Source of the DNA: an uncultured Acidimicrobiaceae bacterium
GTDB taxonomy: Bacteria > Actinomycetota > Acidimicrobiia > Acidimicrobiales > RAAP-2
DNA length: 64,000 nucleotides
Direction of reading: 5' to 3'
Assembly: GCA_963823815.1 (NCBI GenBank)
Contig: CAWGMU010000003.1
Coordinates: forward strand, 326,442 to 390,441
The position numbers and the translations under genes were made by a program. The notes beneath the pieces were generated by a model. The model was not told where the DNA came from. It saw only the letters and a program-made list of their open reading frames with translations, and made no database searches. This document shows, piece after piece, positions 1 through 9,529 of the stretch. Each line of letters opens with the position of its first letter. Position 1 is the stretch's first letter.

Positions 1-2
1 AA

Positions 3-248
3 ACCGCGCTCGACGAGGACGGCGTCGCTCGGCCCTACGACGGCTGGACCGATCTTGTCATCACGCCGGAGAATCGGCCCCGCGTCGTCGACGGCATGAT
101 CACCGGCTGGCACGAGCCCGTCTCCTCGCACCTCATGATGCTCGAGGCGCTGATGGGCCGCGAGCTGTTGGCGGACTCGTATCACGCGGCGCTGGTGCAG
201 GGCTACCGGTGGCACGAGTTCGGCGACGTCCACCTCATTCTGCCCTAG
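3..248 (+). CDS. QueA-family S-adenosylmethionine:tRNA ribosyltransferase-isomerase, C-terminal part (5' end outside window)
   Basis: Manual translation ...GWTDLVITP...DGMITGWHEPVSSHLMMLEA...YRWHEFGDVHLILP* resembles the QueA C-terminus (T-x-[FW]-H-x-P-x-S and F-G-D motifs). Confidence 0.75.
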   Translation, partial: TALDEDGVARPYDGWTDLVITPENRPRVVDGMITGWHEPVSSHLMMLEALMGRELLADSYHAALVQGYRWHEFGDVHLILP

Positions 249-263
249 TCGCCACTTGATTGC

Positions 264-306
264 GCGCAGATGCGGGTGCTGCGGGCTCTCCGCCGCGCAA
301 CTGCGC
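264..306. repeat. Inverted repeat made of two CGCA-N2-TGCG palindromes (hairpin or operator)
   Basis: GCGCAGATGCG (264-274) and CGCAACTGCGC (296-306) are reverse complements with one mismatch. Confidence 0.5.
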
Positions 307-412
307 CGAGTGAAACGCCGACGCCACTCGTGAAAATTCGAGTTGCGGTCACACACCGTGCTACTACTCTGAGGCAGTGAGGCGCGGAGCCTCTATCGAC
401 GAGGAGGTACGC

Positions 413-1528
413 GTGAGTGGCGTACGAGTGCTAGTGGGTACACGTAAGGGAGCGTTCGTCCTCACGGCGGACGGCAAGCGCGACGACTGGACGGTGAAGG
501 GCCCCTTCTTCGAAGGCTGGGAGATCTACCACGTGAAGGGTTCGCCGGTCGATCCCAACCGGATCTTCGCCTCGCAGTCGACGGGCTGGTTCGGCCAGAT
601 CGTGCAGCGTTCGGACGACGGCGGCGAGAACTGGGAGCCGGTCGGCAACCAGTTCGTGTACGACGGGGTTCCCGGCACGCACCAGTGGTATGACGGGACG
701 CCGCACCCCTGGGAGTTCGCGCGCGTCTGGCACCTCGAGCCCTCGCTCAGCAACCCCGACGAGGTACTCGCCGGGGTTGAGGACGCCGCGCTCTTTCGCT
801 CCACCGACGCGGGGGCCAGTTGGCAGGAGGTCTCGGGGCTGCGCACGCAGACGACCGGCTCGGCGTGGCAGCCCGGCGCCGGCGGCATGTGCCTGCACAC
901 GATCATCGTCGACCCGTCCAACGCGAACCGGATCTTCACCGCGATCTCCGCGGCGGGCGTCTTTCGCACCGACGACGGGGGCACGACGTGGCAACCGATC
1001 AACAAGGGCCTGCTCTCCGAGGGGATTCCCTCCGAGGCGGCCGAAGTCGGCCACTGCGTGCACCGCATCGCCCTGCACCCCTCGAACCCCAGCACGCTCT
1101 TCATGCAGAAGCACTGGGACGTGATGCGCAGCGACGACGGTGGCGACTCCTGGTTCGAGATCAGCGGCGACCTGCCGACCGACTTTGGCTTCGCCATCGA
1201 CGTGCACGCCCACGAGCCCGAGACGGTCTACGTCGTGCCGATCACGAGTGACTCGGTGCACTTTCCGCCGGACGGGAAGCTCCGCGTGTACCGCAGCCGT
1301 TCCGGTGGCAACGAGTGGGAGCCACTCAGCAAGGGACTTCCCCAGGAGAACTGCTTCGTGGACGTGCTGCGCGACGCCATGGCGGTCGACTCGCTCGACA
1401 ACTGTGGGGTCTACTTCGGGACGACCGGGGGCCAGGTCTACGCCTCGGCCAACGGCGGCGACAGCTGGAAGGCGATCGTTCACGACCTGCCAGCCGTCCT
1501 CTCGGTCGAAGTCCAGACGATGGCATGA
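413..1528 (+). CDS. BNR/Asp-box repeat beta-propeller protein (sialidase/Ycf48-like fold), no signal peptide
   Basis: Repeated Asp-boxes: [64 protein letters not shown] before GTG at 413. Confidence 0.85.
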   Translation: MSGVRVLVGTRKGAFVLTADGKRDDWTVKGPFFEGWEIYHVKGSPVDPNRIFASQSTGWFGQIVQRSDDGGENWEPVGNQFVYDGVPGTHQWYDGTPHPWEFARVWHLEPSLSNPDEVLAGVEDAALFRSTDAGASWQEVSGLRTQTTGSAWQPGAGGMCLHTIIVDPSNANRIFTAISAAGVFRTDDGGTTWQPINKGLLSEGIPSEAAEVGHCVHRIALHPSNPSTLFMQKHWDVMRSDDGGDSWFEISGDLPTDFGFAIDVHAHEPETVYVVPITSDSVHFPPDGKLRVYRSRSGGNEWEPLSKGLPQENCFVDVLRDAMAVDSLDNCGVYFGTTGGQVYASANGGDSWKAIVHDLPAVLSVEVQTMA

Positions 1529-1818
1529 TCCGCGTCGTTCTGCCGGCGCACCTGAAGACTCTCGCCCACGTGTCCGGTGAGGTCGAGTTCGACCTCGACG
1601 CGCCGACCCAGCGACTGGTGATCGACGCGATCGAGGAACGCTTCCCGGTCCTGCTCGGGACCATCCGCGACCCCGTCACCATGCAGCGGCGAAAGTTCAT
1701 CCGATTCTTCGCCTGCGACGAGGATCTCTCCTTTGAGTTACCCGACACCGTGTTGCCCCACGACGTGGTGATCGGCAAGGAGCCGTTCTTCGTCATCGGC
1801 GCGATGGCCGGTGGCTAG
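1525..1818 (+). CDS. MoaD/ThiS-family ubiquitin-like protein
   Basis: [10 protein letters not shown]...IGAMAGG* ends in di-glycine. ATGA overlap with the propeller gene stop codon. Confidence 0.85.
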   Translation: MIRVVLPAHLKTLAHVSGEVEFDLDAPTQRLVIDAIEERFPVLLGTIRDPVTMQRRKFIRFFACDEDLSFELPDTVLPHDVVIGKEPFFVIGAMAGG

Positions 1819-1857
1819 TCGAACCACGCCCTAGTCGGCCGGACCTACGCTTTCGGC

Positions 1858-2364
1858 GTGGGACTCGCCGCCAAGGTACTCATCGTCTCGGACTCGGTGG
1901 TCTCGGGCGACCGCCAGGACACGGCCGGACCGCTGCTCGCAGCGCGACTCGAGACCGCGGGCTACAACGTTGTCGAGCAACGCGCCACCGCCGACGGCGT
2001 GGCGTCAGTGGCGGGGGCGTTGCGCGAGCTCATTGACGGCTTCGCTGGCCTCGTGGTGACGTCGGGCGGTACCGGTTTCTCGCCGCGCGACCAGACGCCC
2101 GAGGGCACCCTCGAGGTGATCGAGCGGGAGGCGCCCGGACTCGGCGAGGCGATGCGGCTGGTGAACCCCCTCGGACGGCTTTCACGCTCGCGCGCCGGCA
2201 TCGCGGGGCGAAGCCTGATTCTCAACTGTCCGGGATCACCCAAGGGAGCGGTTGAGTGCCTCGAAGCCGTGCTCGACGTGCTGCCGCACGCGCTCGAGCT
2301 CTTGGCCGACGAGCAGTCGCCTCACCCGCCCGAGACCGGCGGTAGCACGGCGATCTCGTCGTAG
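1858..2364 (+). CDS. mog: MogA/MoaB molybdopterin adenylyltransferase
   Basis: Motifs VSD...[17 protein letters not shown] and NCPGSPKG. Confidence 0.9.
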   Translation: MGLAAKVLIVSDSVVSGDRQDTAGPLLAARLETAGYNVVEQRATADGVASVAGALRELIDGFAGLVVTSGGTGFSPRDQTPEGTLEVIEREAPGLGEAMRLVNPLGRLSRSRAGIAGRSLILNCPGSPKGAVECLEAVLDVLPHALELLADEQSPHPPETGGSTAISS

Positions 2365-2558
2365 TCCTCGACGCGCGTCGATAGGTCCACGGGCTCACCG
2401 TTCAGCCACACCTGGCTCGATCCGAGTAGCACCTTGAACGGGGCGCCGTAGCGGGCGACGGCTTCGTTCAGGACGTCTTCGATCGTGGGCGCGTCGATGA
2501 CGTCCTCGCGCACACCCGCGACGTCGTGCGCCGGCCCGAGCAAGACGATTCGCGCCAC
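2322..2558 (-). CDS. moaD: Molybdopterin synthase sulfur carrier MoaD
   Basis: 78 aa ending [12 protein letters not shown], directly downstream of moaE-moeA. Confidence 0.85.
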   Translation of the reverse strand: MARIVLLGPAHDVAGVREDVIDAPTIEDVLNEAVARYGAPFKVLLGSSQVWLNGEPVDLSTRVEDYDEIAVLPPVSGG

Positions 2559-2559
2559 C

Positions 2560-3792
2560 TCAGGCCCCGCTCAGCTGGTCGGCGTCGATGACCATTGCGC
2601 GGACGTCGTCGCCGACGGCGAGCCCCTCGCCGTCAGGAACGATGGCGATGGCCGTCGCGTCCGTGATGGCGTTCAGCAGGTGCGAGCCCTGGCGTGCCGC
2701 GCGCTCGACGTGGACCCGCCCGTCGGGGTGCAACTGCGTGACGACGTGTACGAAGTGGACCTTGCCGTCGCGGTGGCGTGGCAGGGGACAGTCGAGGACC
2801 ATCGAGATCGTCGGGCGTTCGAGGACGTGATGCCCCGAGAGCAGTCGTAGCGCCGGCCGCACGAAGAGCTCGAAGCCGACGAGCGTCGAGACGGGATTCC
2901 CCGCGAGGCCAAACAACGGCGCGCCGCTCGAGGTCACGCCAAAGGCGAAGGGCTTACCCGGCTTGATCGCGACCTGCATGGAACGGGCGCGCCCTTCGGT
3001 CAGGTCGGCGAGGACCGATTTCACGAAGTCGGCGTCGCCGACGCTGACCCCGCCCGTGGAGATGACGGCGTCGCAGTCGCGCAACGCCCGTTCGAAACCT
3101 GCGGTGATCTCCTCTCGAGTATCACCGACGATCCCGAGGTCGACCGGCGTGAAGCCGGACAGGCGCAACGACGCGAGGAGCGACGGGCGGTTCGTGTCGC
3201 GGATCGCGCCAGGACCGAGGGGCTGACCCGGTCCGACGAGCTCGTTGCCGGTGGAGAGCACGCCGACCTTCGCCCTCGGGATGACGCGCGCGGAGTTGAA
3301 ACCCTGACCGATGAGCACACCGAGCAGCGCCGGACCGATGGTCGCGCCCGCATCGACGAGCACGTCACCGACGGCGACGTCATCACCGACGAGGCGCACG
3401 AACTGACCCAACGCGATGCTCGGGTGGACGACGACGTACTCGCCACCGTCCTCGACGGTCGCCTCCTCTCGCATGCAGACACCGTCGGCGTCGACAGGAA
3501 CGGGAGCTCCCGTCATTATCCGCACGGCTTCACCCTCGCCGACCGACACGTCCCCCGAGTCCCCCGCGAACACCGCCCCGACGATTCGAAGACGTGCGGA
3601 GCCCCCGCGCGTGTCGGCGGACCGCAGTGCGAAACCGTCCATCGCCGAGTTGTTGAATCGCGGCGACGGCTCACGGGCGAGCAGCGCCTCGGCGGCCACG
3701 CAGCCGAGCGCCTCGTCGAGGGCGATCTCGACTGGCGCAAGCGACGCGAGATCCTCGAGGACGAACTTCTTCGCTTCGGGGTAGGTGACCAT
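2560..3792 (-). CDS. moeA: Molybdopterin molybdotransferase MoeA
   Basis: Motifs SAMDGFA, RIMTGAPVP, STGNEL, STGGVSVGDAD, KPGKP and GNPVS. Likely start is MVTYPEA. Confidence 0.95.
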   Translation of the reverse strand: MVTYPEAKKFVLEDLASLAPVEIALDEALGCVAAEALLAREPSPRFNNSAMDGFALRSADTRGGSARLRIVGAVFAGDSGDVSVGEGEAVRIMTGAPVPVDADGVCMREEATVEDGGEYVVVHPSIALGQFVRLVGDDVAVGDVLVDAGATIGPALLGVLIGQGFNSARVIPRAKVGVLSTGNELVGPGQPLGPGAIRDTNRPSLLASLRLSGFTPVDLGIVGDTREEITAGFERALRDCDAVISTGGVSVGDADFVKSVLADLTEGRARSMQVAIKPGKPFAFGVTSSGAPLFGLAGNPVSTLVGFELFVRPALRLLSGHHVLERPTISMVLDCPLPRHRDGKVHFVHVVTQLHPDGRVHVERAARQGSHLLNAITDATAIAIVPDGEGLAVGDDVRAMVIDADQLSGA

Positions 3793-3823
3793 CGAGCTTG
3801 CGCTCGCGTCGGTGCGCGCCACC

Positions 3824-4297
3824 TTAGGGTTCCCGGACGTCAAGCAGCGGGGAGGTGTCTTCGCTCCAGGCCGATCCGCCGACCCAGTGCTCACGCTTCC
3901 ACATCGGCACGCTCTCCTTCACGGTGTCGATGCAGTAGCGCGCGGCCAGAAAGGCGTCGTCGCGGTGCGGCGAGGAAACCGCGACGACGACCGTCGGCTC
4001 CGAGAGTTCGACGCGACCGGTTCGGTGATGCACGGCAACTGCCTCGAGGGAGGGCCAACTCTTCCGCGCCTGGGCCACCACCTCGCGAATCCGGCCCTCG
4101 GCGAGCTCGACGCTCGTCTCGTACTCCAGCGCGACGACGCCGTCGCGCTCGTCGGAGTGGTCACGGACAACACCGAGAAACGTGACGACGGCCCCGCAGT
4201 TCGGGCGCGTCGCCCAGGTCGTCAACTCCTCAGCCGCGAGGGGCTCCTCGCTGACCCGCACCCAATCCGAAGTCGGCGTCGGCTGCACGCGGCTCAT
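3824..4297 (-). CDS. moaE: Molybdopterin synthase catalytic subunit MoaE
   Basis: Motifs GAVVTFLGVVRDH, LEYE, HRTG, SSPHR and PMWKRE. Confidence 0.93.
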   Translation of the reverse strand: MSRVQPTPTSDWVRVSEEPLAAEELTTWATRPNCGAVVTFLGVVRDHSDERDGVVALEYETSVELAEGRIREVVAQARKSWPSLEAVAVHHRTGRVELSEPTVVVAVSSPHRDDAFLAARYCIDTVKESVPMWKREHWVGGSAWSEDTSPLLDVREP

Positions 4298-4396
4298 CCT
4301 ACCGGTGACGTCTTCGAGGCTCGTAGCGTGACGGGTGCGCAACGCCGTTGTCGCGTGGCCTTGCTTCGCTCCTTCGCTTGAGGTCGCCGGGACGAC

Positions 4397-4510
4397 TTGA
4401 CGGTGAAAACATCCTTAGCGCAGATACGTATAAAAGTTCCTCATAACATGCTATTTACGTCGAATCAGACTCGCTGTTACAGTAAGTGCAGAATGCAAAG
4501 CAGGTTGAAA
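4397..4510. promoter_or_regulatory. AT-rich divergent promoter region between moaE and modA
   Basis: Visible drop in GC. TTGACG at 4397, imperfect palindromes CGCAGATACG (4419-4428) and TGCAGAATGCA (4487-4497). Confidence 0.55.
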
Positions 4511-5446
4511 ATGTCACGCTCTCGGGTCTCCAGCACGCCGCATCGCTTCGCCGGGCGCGAGGTACTGCTCGCAGCTCTTGCCGTCGCGCTGATCGGCGCC
4601 GGCGTGTTCACGATGTCCGCCGACGGCGCCAAGGCGGGCGCGACCACGACGAAGAAGGCCTCCGGGCCCGTCGACGTCCTCTACGCGGGCTCGCTGCTCG
4701 ACCTCATGCAGCAGAAGATCGGCCCCGCCTTTCACAGGGCGACCGGGTACACGGTGAGCGGCTACTCGAACGGTTCGACGGCCCTCGCCAGCGAGATCAT
4801 CGGCGGCACCCAGGTCGGTGACGTCTTCATCAGCGCGTCGCCGGCCGTCAACGCCTCGTTGGCGGGCAGCGCCAACGGCGACTGGGTGACCACCTACAAG
4901 GAGTTCGGCTACTCGCCGCTCGTGCTCGGGTACAACGCGTCCTCGCAGTTCGCGAAGGACCTGAAGACAATGCCCTGGTACAACGTGGTGGACCTGCCCG
5001 GCTTCTTGCTCGGTCGCACGGACCCCACGACCGACCCCAAGGGCGTGCTCGCGGTCGACGCCCTCGAGGGAGTGGCGCTCAGCTACGACGTCCCGCAGTT
5101 GGCCGCGCTCGCGACGACGTCCTCCAACATCTTCGAAGAGACCGCGCTCGTCGGTGACCTTCAGGCGGGCCAGCTCGACGCGGGCTTCTTCTACGGCGTC
5201 GAGGCCGCCGCGGCCCACCTGAAGACGGTGCCGCTCACCGGCACGAAACTCTCGGGTCAGTACACGGTCGCCATCCTCAATCGCGCGCCGCACGAGGCGG
5301 CGGCGAAGGCCTTCGTGAGGTTCCTCCTCGGTAAGCAGGGTCTCGCGATTCTGCGGGCGAACGGCATCGTGCCGATCGTGCCCGCTGGGGCGTACAACGC
5401 GACGACGGTGACGACGACGACAACCACGACTACGACTGCGCCATGA
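4511..5446 (+). CDS. modA: Molybdate/tungstate ABC substrate-binding protein (ModA/WtpA-like) with Thr-rich tail
   Basis: Motifs YAGSL, GS..LA, DVFISA and TDP..DPKG. Signal peptide present. Lies upstream of the permease-ATPase in a Moco cluster. Confidence 0.85.
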   Translation: MSRSRVSSTPHRFAGREVLLAALAVALIGAGVFTMSADGAKAGATTTKKASGPVDVLYAGSLLDLMQQKIGPAFHRATGYTVSGYSNGSTALASEIIGGTQVGDVFISASPAVNASLAGSANGDWVTTYKEFGYSPLVLGYNASSQFAKDLKTMPWYNVVDLPGFLLGRTDPTTDPKGVLAVDALEGVALSYDVPQLAALATTSSNIFEETALVGDLQAGQLDAGFFYGVEAAAAHLKTVPLTGTKLSGQYTVAILNRAPHEAAAKAFVRFLLGKQGLAILRANGIVPIVPAGAYNATTVTTTTTTTTTAP

Positions 5447-7341
5447 CCCCTTCGAGGACTCTTCGGAGTCCTCTCCTTTGGCTCGGCGGACTGATCGTCC
5501 TCTACCTGGGCTACCCGCTCGTGGGCTTCGTGGTGCGTCTCATCACGGCGCCCCAGCGAGGCTTCCACGCGCCCGGCCTGTTCCCCGCGCTCTGGGTCTC
5601 CATCAGTTGCGCGACGATCTCCCTCGCCCTCGTCACCCTCTTCGGCGTGCCCCTCGCCTACGTGCTCGCGCGTTCGAGGGGGCCCTTCGCCGCCATCGTC
5701 GGCGTCATCGTGCAGGTCCCCTTAGCGCTACCCCCACTCATGAGCGGGATCGTCCTCGTCTACCTCATTGGCCCGTACACCTTCCTCGGCCAACTCTTCG
5801 GTCGTCACCTCACGGACTCGCTCGCTGGTGTCGTCATCGCCATGACCTTCGTCTCGGCACCGTTTCTCATCGTGGCCGCTCGCGCCTCGTTCGCCGCTCT
5901 CGACCAGGGTCTGCTCGACGTCGCGGCCACGCTAGGCCATTCGGAGGCGTCGCGCTTCCTTCGCGTCGCCGTACCGGGAGCGGGTCACGGGATTCGCGCG
6001 GGCATGCTGCTCACCTGGCTGCGGGCGTTCGGCGAGTACGGGGCGGTCGTGATCCTCGCGTACAACCCGGCGTCGCTGCCCATCTACACCTACAACCAGT
6101 TCAGCGGTCGTGGGCTGCCGACGACGCTAGCCCCGACCGCGCTCGCCTTGGCGGTCGCCGTGGTTGCGGTGTTGCTCAGTCGCGTCCGTCTGCCGCGCGC
6201 GACGCGTACCCCCGCGACCGCGACCGCGTCCCCGCCCACGGAGCGAGCGACGGAGCCGGTTCGCTTCAGCGTCGATCACCGCCTCGGGTCGTTCCACCTC
6301 GCGGTCGCGAGCACCTCGAACGCGCGACACCTCGGCGTGCTCGGCCCGTCGGGATCGGGCAAGTCGGCGCTGCTGCGCTGTCTCGCCGGGCTGTACGGTC
6401 CCGGCCCCGGGCCCGTCTTCTACGGCGACCAACTGGTGAGCGACGTGCCGGTCGAGAAGCGCGGCGTCGGCTACGTCGCCCAAGGATTCTCGCTCTACCC
6501 GCACCTCACCGTCTGGCGCCACCTGCTGTTCGCGAAGGGCTCTTCGCCCGAGCTCGCTGCCTACTGGCTCGAGCACCTGCGCCTCAGCGGGCTCGAAGGT
6601 CGACTGCCCGCGGAGCTCTCCGGTGGCCAACGCCAACGCGTCGGGCTGGCGCAGGTGCTCTGTGCGTCGCCGCGGGTGCTACTACTCGATGAGCCGTTCT
6701 CCGCGCTCGACGTGCCGGTGCGGCTCGAGTTGCGGCGCGAACTTCGCACCCTCCAGCGCGAGACTGGTCTGGCGACGGTGCTCGTGACGCACGACCCCGA
6801 AGAGGCGGCGTTCCTCTCCGAGGAGCTGCTCGTGATCACCGACGGCGTGGTGCTGCAGTCGGGCCCGAGCCGCGCGATCTTCAACCGCCCGGCGTCAGCG
6901 CAGGTAGCCCGTCTTGTCGGCGTCGAGAACCTTCACCGCGCGACCGTTGCCAGTCGCGCCTCGTTGAACGTGGGTGGCGACGTCGTCGCCATCGCGCCGA
7001 CCGACGTGTCGCCCGGCACCGAGGTGCTCTGGAGCATCCGGCCCGAACGCGTCACCGTGTCACCAGCGCACGTTGGCGAGATGGTCGAGGGCGTCGCGCT
7101 CGAGGGCACGCTCAATGACGTGGCCGACGTCGGCACGGCGTACGACCTCACCGTCACCCTTCGCGGCGGGCTCGAGTTGAGCGCGCGGACGTGGGGTTCA
7201 CTCGAGCTCGGCGAGGGTTCGCCGTGCCGCGTCTCGTTGGACCCGGACGGGATCGCGCTGTGGCCCGCCGAGTTGAGCGAAGACGGCGGCGCGGATCTCA
7301 CCATTGGCGTCAGTCCCGACGACGCGGGCGCCAGCAACTAG
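5443..7341 (+). CDS. Fused molybdate ABC permease (ModB) plus ATPase (ModC) with C-terminal TOBE-like region
   Basis: N-half has PLALPP and RAFGEYGA with TM helices. C-half has GPSGSGKS, LSGGQRQR, LLLDEPF and VTHD. Confidence 0.9.
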   Translation: MTPSRTLRSPLLWLGGLIVLYLGYPLVGFVVRLITAPQRGFHAPGLFPALWVSISCATISLALVTLFGVPLAYVLARSRGPFAAIVGVIVQVPLALPPLMSGIVLVYLIGPYTFLGQLFGRHLTDSLAGVVIAMTFVSAPFLIVAARASFAALDQGLLDVAATLGHSEASRFLRVAVPGAGHGIRAGMLLTWLRAFGEYGAVVILAYNPASLPIYTYNQFSGRGLPTTLAPTALALAVAVVAVLLSRVRLPRATRTPATATASPPTERATEPVRFSVDHRLGSFHLAVASTSNARHLGVLGPSGSGKSALLRCLAGLYGPGPGPVFYGDQLVSDVPVEKRGVGYVAQGFSLYPHLTVWRHLLFAKGSSPELAAYWLEHLRLSGLEGRLPAELSGGQRQRVGLAQVLCASPRVLLLDEPFSALDVPVRLELRRELRTLQRETGLATVLVTHDPEEAAFLSEELLVITDGVVLQSGPSRAIFNRPASAQVARLVGVENLHRATVASRASLNVGGDVVAIAPTDVSPGTEVLWSIRPERVTVSPAHVGEMVEGVALEGTLNDVADVGTAYDLTVTLRGGLELSARTWGSLELGEGSPCRVSLDPDGIALWPAELSEDGGADLTIGVSPDDAGASN

Positions 7342-7739
7342 AACTTGTCGGGCAGCTCGACGCTGACGTTGGTCGCCTTGATCACCGCGTCGACCACCAC
7401 GCCGGGGGCCAGTTCCAGTTCGTCGGCGCCCTCGCGCGTGATGAGTGACACGAAACGGTGGGGGCCAGCTTGGATCTCGACCTGGGCGACGACCTTGTCT
7501 TTGACGACCTTCGTCACGATGCCGACGAATCGATTGCGCGTCGACTGCGCTCGCGGGCTCTTCGGCGCCGGACCGCCGCCCGCCGCGACGGCGGCTCTCG
7601 CGAGCTCCTCGCCCTCGAAGTACCGCTTGCCGTCGGACGCGACGGTCGACTTGATCCGTCCCGCGTCGGCCCAGCGGCGCACGGTGTCCGCGCTCACCCC
7701 GAGCAGTTCGGCGGCCTGCGCCGCCCGGTACTTCGCCAT
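7338..7739 (-). CDS. HTH (MerR/excisionase-like) plus TOBE molybdate-binding regulator
   Basis: AAELLGVSADTVRRW HTH, followed by the Mop/TOBE motif STRNRFVG...SLIT...IKAT. Confidence 0.9.
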   Translation of the reverse strand: MAKYRAAQAAELLGVSADTVRRWADAGRIKSTVASDGKRYFEGEELARAAVAAGGGPAPKSPRAQSTRNRFVGIVTKVVKDKVVAQVEIQAGPHRFVSLITREGADELELAPGVVVDAVIKATNVSVELPDKF

Positions 7740-7801
7740 GGCGAAAGAGTAGCGGGCGTCGGTCCACTCGCTCTTGGTCGACGTTGCGAGCGTCTCGGCG
7801 A

Positions 7802-8878
7802 TCAGCCGCCGATCATGGACATCGAGCGAGCGGGGCGCAGGAAGCTCGGCTCGTTGATGGCGTGGCCGGGGTACTTGTCCCAGACGGCGCGTCGAAGCGC
7901 CAGGGCGACGTCCTCGTCGGTGCCGCCGCCGCGCAGGAGGTCACGAAGTGATCGTTCATCGTCGGAGAAGAGACAGTTGCGCACCGAGCCGTCGGACGTG
8001 AGGCGAAGTCGATTGCACGTGCCGCAGAACGGCTCCGACACGCTCGAGATGAGCCCAATCTCGCCGTGGCCGTCGGCGAACGTGAAGCGCTCGGCGGGCG
8101 CCGAGCCGTGGCGCTCGATAGCGACGAGCGGCCACCGCTCGTGGATGCGGTCGAAGACCTCTCGGCCCGAAACCATTTGGCTTCGCTCCCAGTGTCCCGC
8201 CGCGTCAAGCGGCATGAACTCGATGAAGCGCACGAGGCGGCCCGTCCGTCGCGCGAAGTCGGCGAAGTCCAGGATCTCGTCGTCGTTCTCGCCGCGGAGG
8301 ATGACAACGTTCACCTTGATCGGCGTCAACCCCGCCGCCTCGGCCGCGTCCATCGACGCGAGCACGGTGGCGAGGTCGCCCCGACGCCGGATGGCGGCGT
8401 AGCGGTCGGGTCGCAAGGAGTCGCAGCTGATGTTCACGCGTCGAAGTCCGGCGTCGGCGAGCGACTGGGCGATCGGGGCGAGCAGCATGCCGTTGGTGGT
8501 CATCGCGATGTCGGTGAAGCCGATGTTCGAGAGATGCTCGACGAGGGAGACGATATTTCGTCGAACGAGCGGCTCGCCGCCCGTGAGGCGCAACGCGGTG
8601 ACACCGAGACCGAAGGCGACCGAGCAGACCCGTTCGATCTCTTCGAAGGTGAGCAGGGCCGAGCGTGGCTGGAAGGTCATGTCCTCGTCCATGCAGTAGA
8701 CGCATCGCAAGTTGCAGCGGTCGGTCACCGAGATCCGCAGGTCGTCGTGCACCCTTCCGTAGCGGTCAACGAGTGGCCCTTCGAGGGGCATGGCCGCGTC
8801 GTTGTCCGCGCTACTTCGACCAACGGCGCCGACGAGTTCCCGGATGGGGCCGGACGGATACCGAGACGGTCGTGGCAC
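7802..8878 (-). CDS. moaA: GTP 3',8-cyclase MoaA (start may be 8791)
   Basis: LRISVTDRCNLRCVYC radical-SAM motif, LTGGEP, FIEFMP, FCGTCNRLR and C-terminal MSMIGG. Confidence 0.96.
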   Translation of the reverse strand: MPRPSRYPSGPIRELVGAVGRSSADNDAAMPLEGPLVDRYGRVHDDLRISVTDRCNLRCVYCMDEDMTFQPRSALLTFEEIERVCSVAFGLGVTALRLTGGEPLVRRNIVSLVEHLSNIGFTDIAMTTNGMLLAPIAQSLADAGLRRVNISCDSLRPDRYAAIRRRGDLATVLASMDAAEAAGLTPIKVNVVILRGENDDEILDFADFARRTGRLVRFIEFMPLDAAGHWERSQMVSGREVFDRIHERWPLVAIERHGSAPAERFTFADGHGEIGLISSVSEPFCGTCNRLRLTSDGSVRNCLFSDDERSLRDLLRGGGTDEDVALALRRAVWDKYPGHAINEPSFLRPARSMSMIGG

Positions 8879-8962
8879 TGCCGATGATCGGCGAGGAGCG
8901 GTGGCCCGTGGCGGGGTGCGTCGGTGGGTTCGGCACTGCCGCCATGCTAACGGTGGGTCCCG

Positions 8963-9529
8963 TCACGACTCGTGTCGCGCCCTCGTTGCTGTCGCCGGTC
9001 GTGGAATGAGGACGCGACGCAGCTTCAGCGTCCTCTTTGGTGCGCGCACCGTCGCTCCCGCGACAAGTCGTCCCCAGTTGCCGGACTTGCCACCTTCCTT
9101 GCGCAAGAGCACGAGGTCTTCCACGCGCGCCTCGGGGTCCGCCTCACTGAGGGCGTCGAGCACGCTGAGGGCGGCGAACGCGCACGCCGTCAGCGCTTCC
9201 ATCTCGACGCCCGTGCGCTGGGTCGCCGTGACCGACGAGGTGACGGTCAGCCCGCCGTTACGCGCTTCGAGGACGACGTCGACGTCGTTCAGATTGAGCG
9301 AGTGACAGAGGGGGATGATCTCGGGGGTGCGCTTGGCGGCGAGCACGCCGGCGACGCGCGCGACGTGCAGGACACTGAGGCCGTCGGCGCGCGGCGCGAG
9401 CTTGGTGACGTCGACGCTGGTCACGACGACGCAGTGAGCCTCAGCCCGGCGACGCGAGGGTCGCTTCGTCGAGACGTCGACCATCCGCAGCCGGCCCGTG
9501 GCGTCAACGTGGGTGAACGGACGCTCCAT
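8963..9529 (-). CDS. moaC: Cyclic pyranopterin monophosphate synthase MoaC
   Basis: Motifs FTHVD...MVDVS.K, AAKRT..IIPLCH, TGVEMEALT and KEGGKSG. Confidence 0.94.
   Translation of the reverse strand: MERPFTHVDATGRLRMVDVSTKRPSRRRAEAHCVVVTSVDVTKLAPRADGLSVLHVARVAGVLAAKRTPEIIPLCHSLNLNDVDVVLEARNGGLTVTSSVTATQRTGVEMEALTACAFAALSVLDALSEADPEARVEDLVLLRKEGGKSGNWGRLVAGATVRAPKRTLKLRRVLIPRPATATRARHES

Noticed and set aside
431-1483. Long antisense or alternative-frame ORFs (for example 431-1483, 14229-15554, 21110-22798, 21708-23429, 48746-50308, 52599-54089)
   Set aside because: These are shadow ORFs typical of high-GC DNA. They overlap well-supported genes and carry no recognisable motifs.
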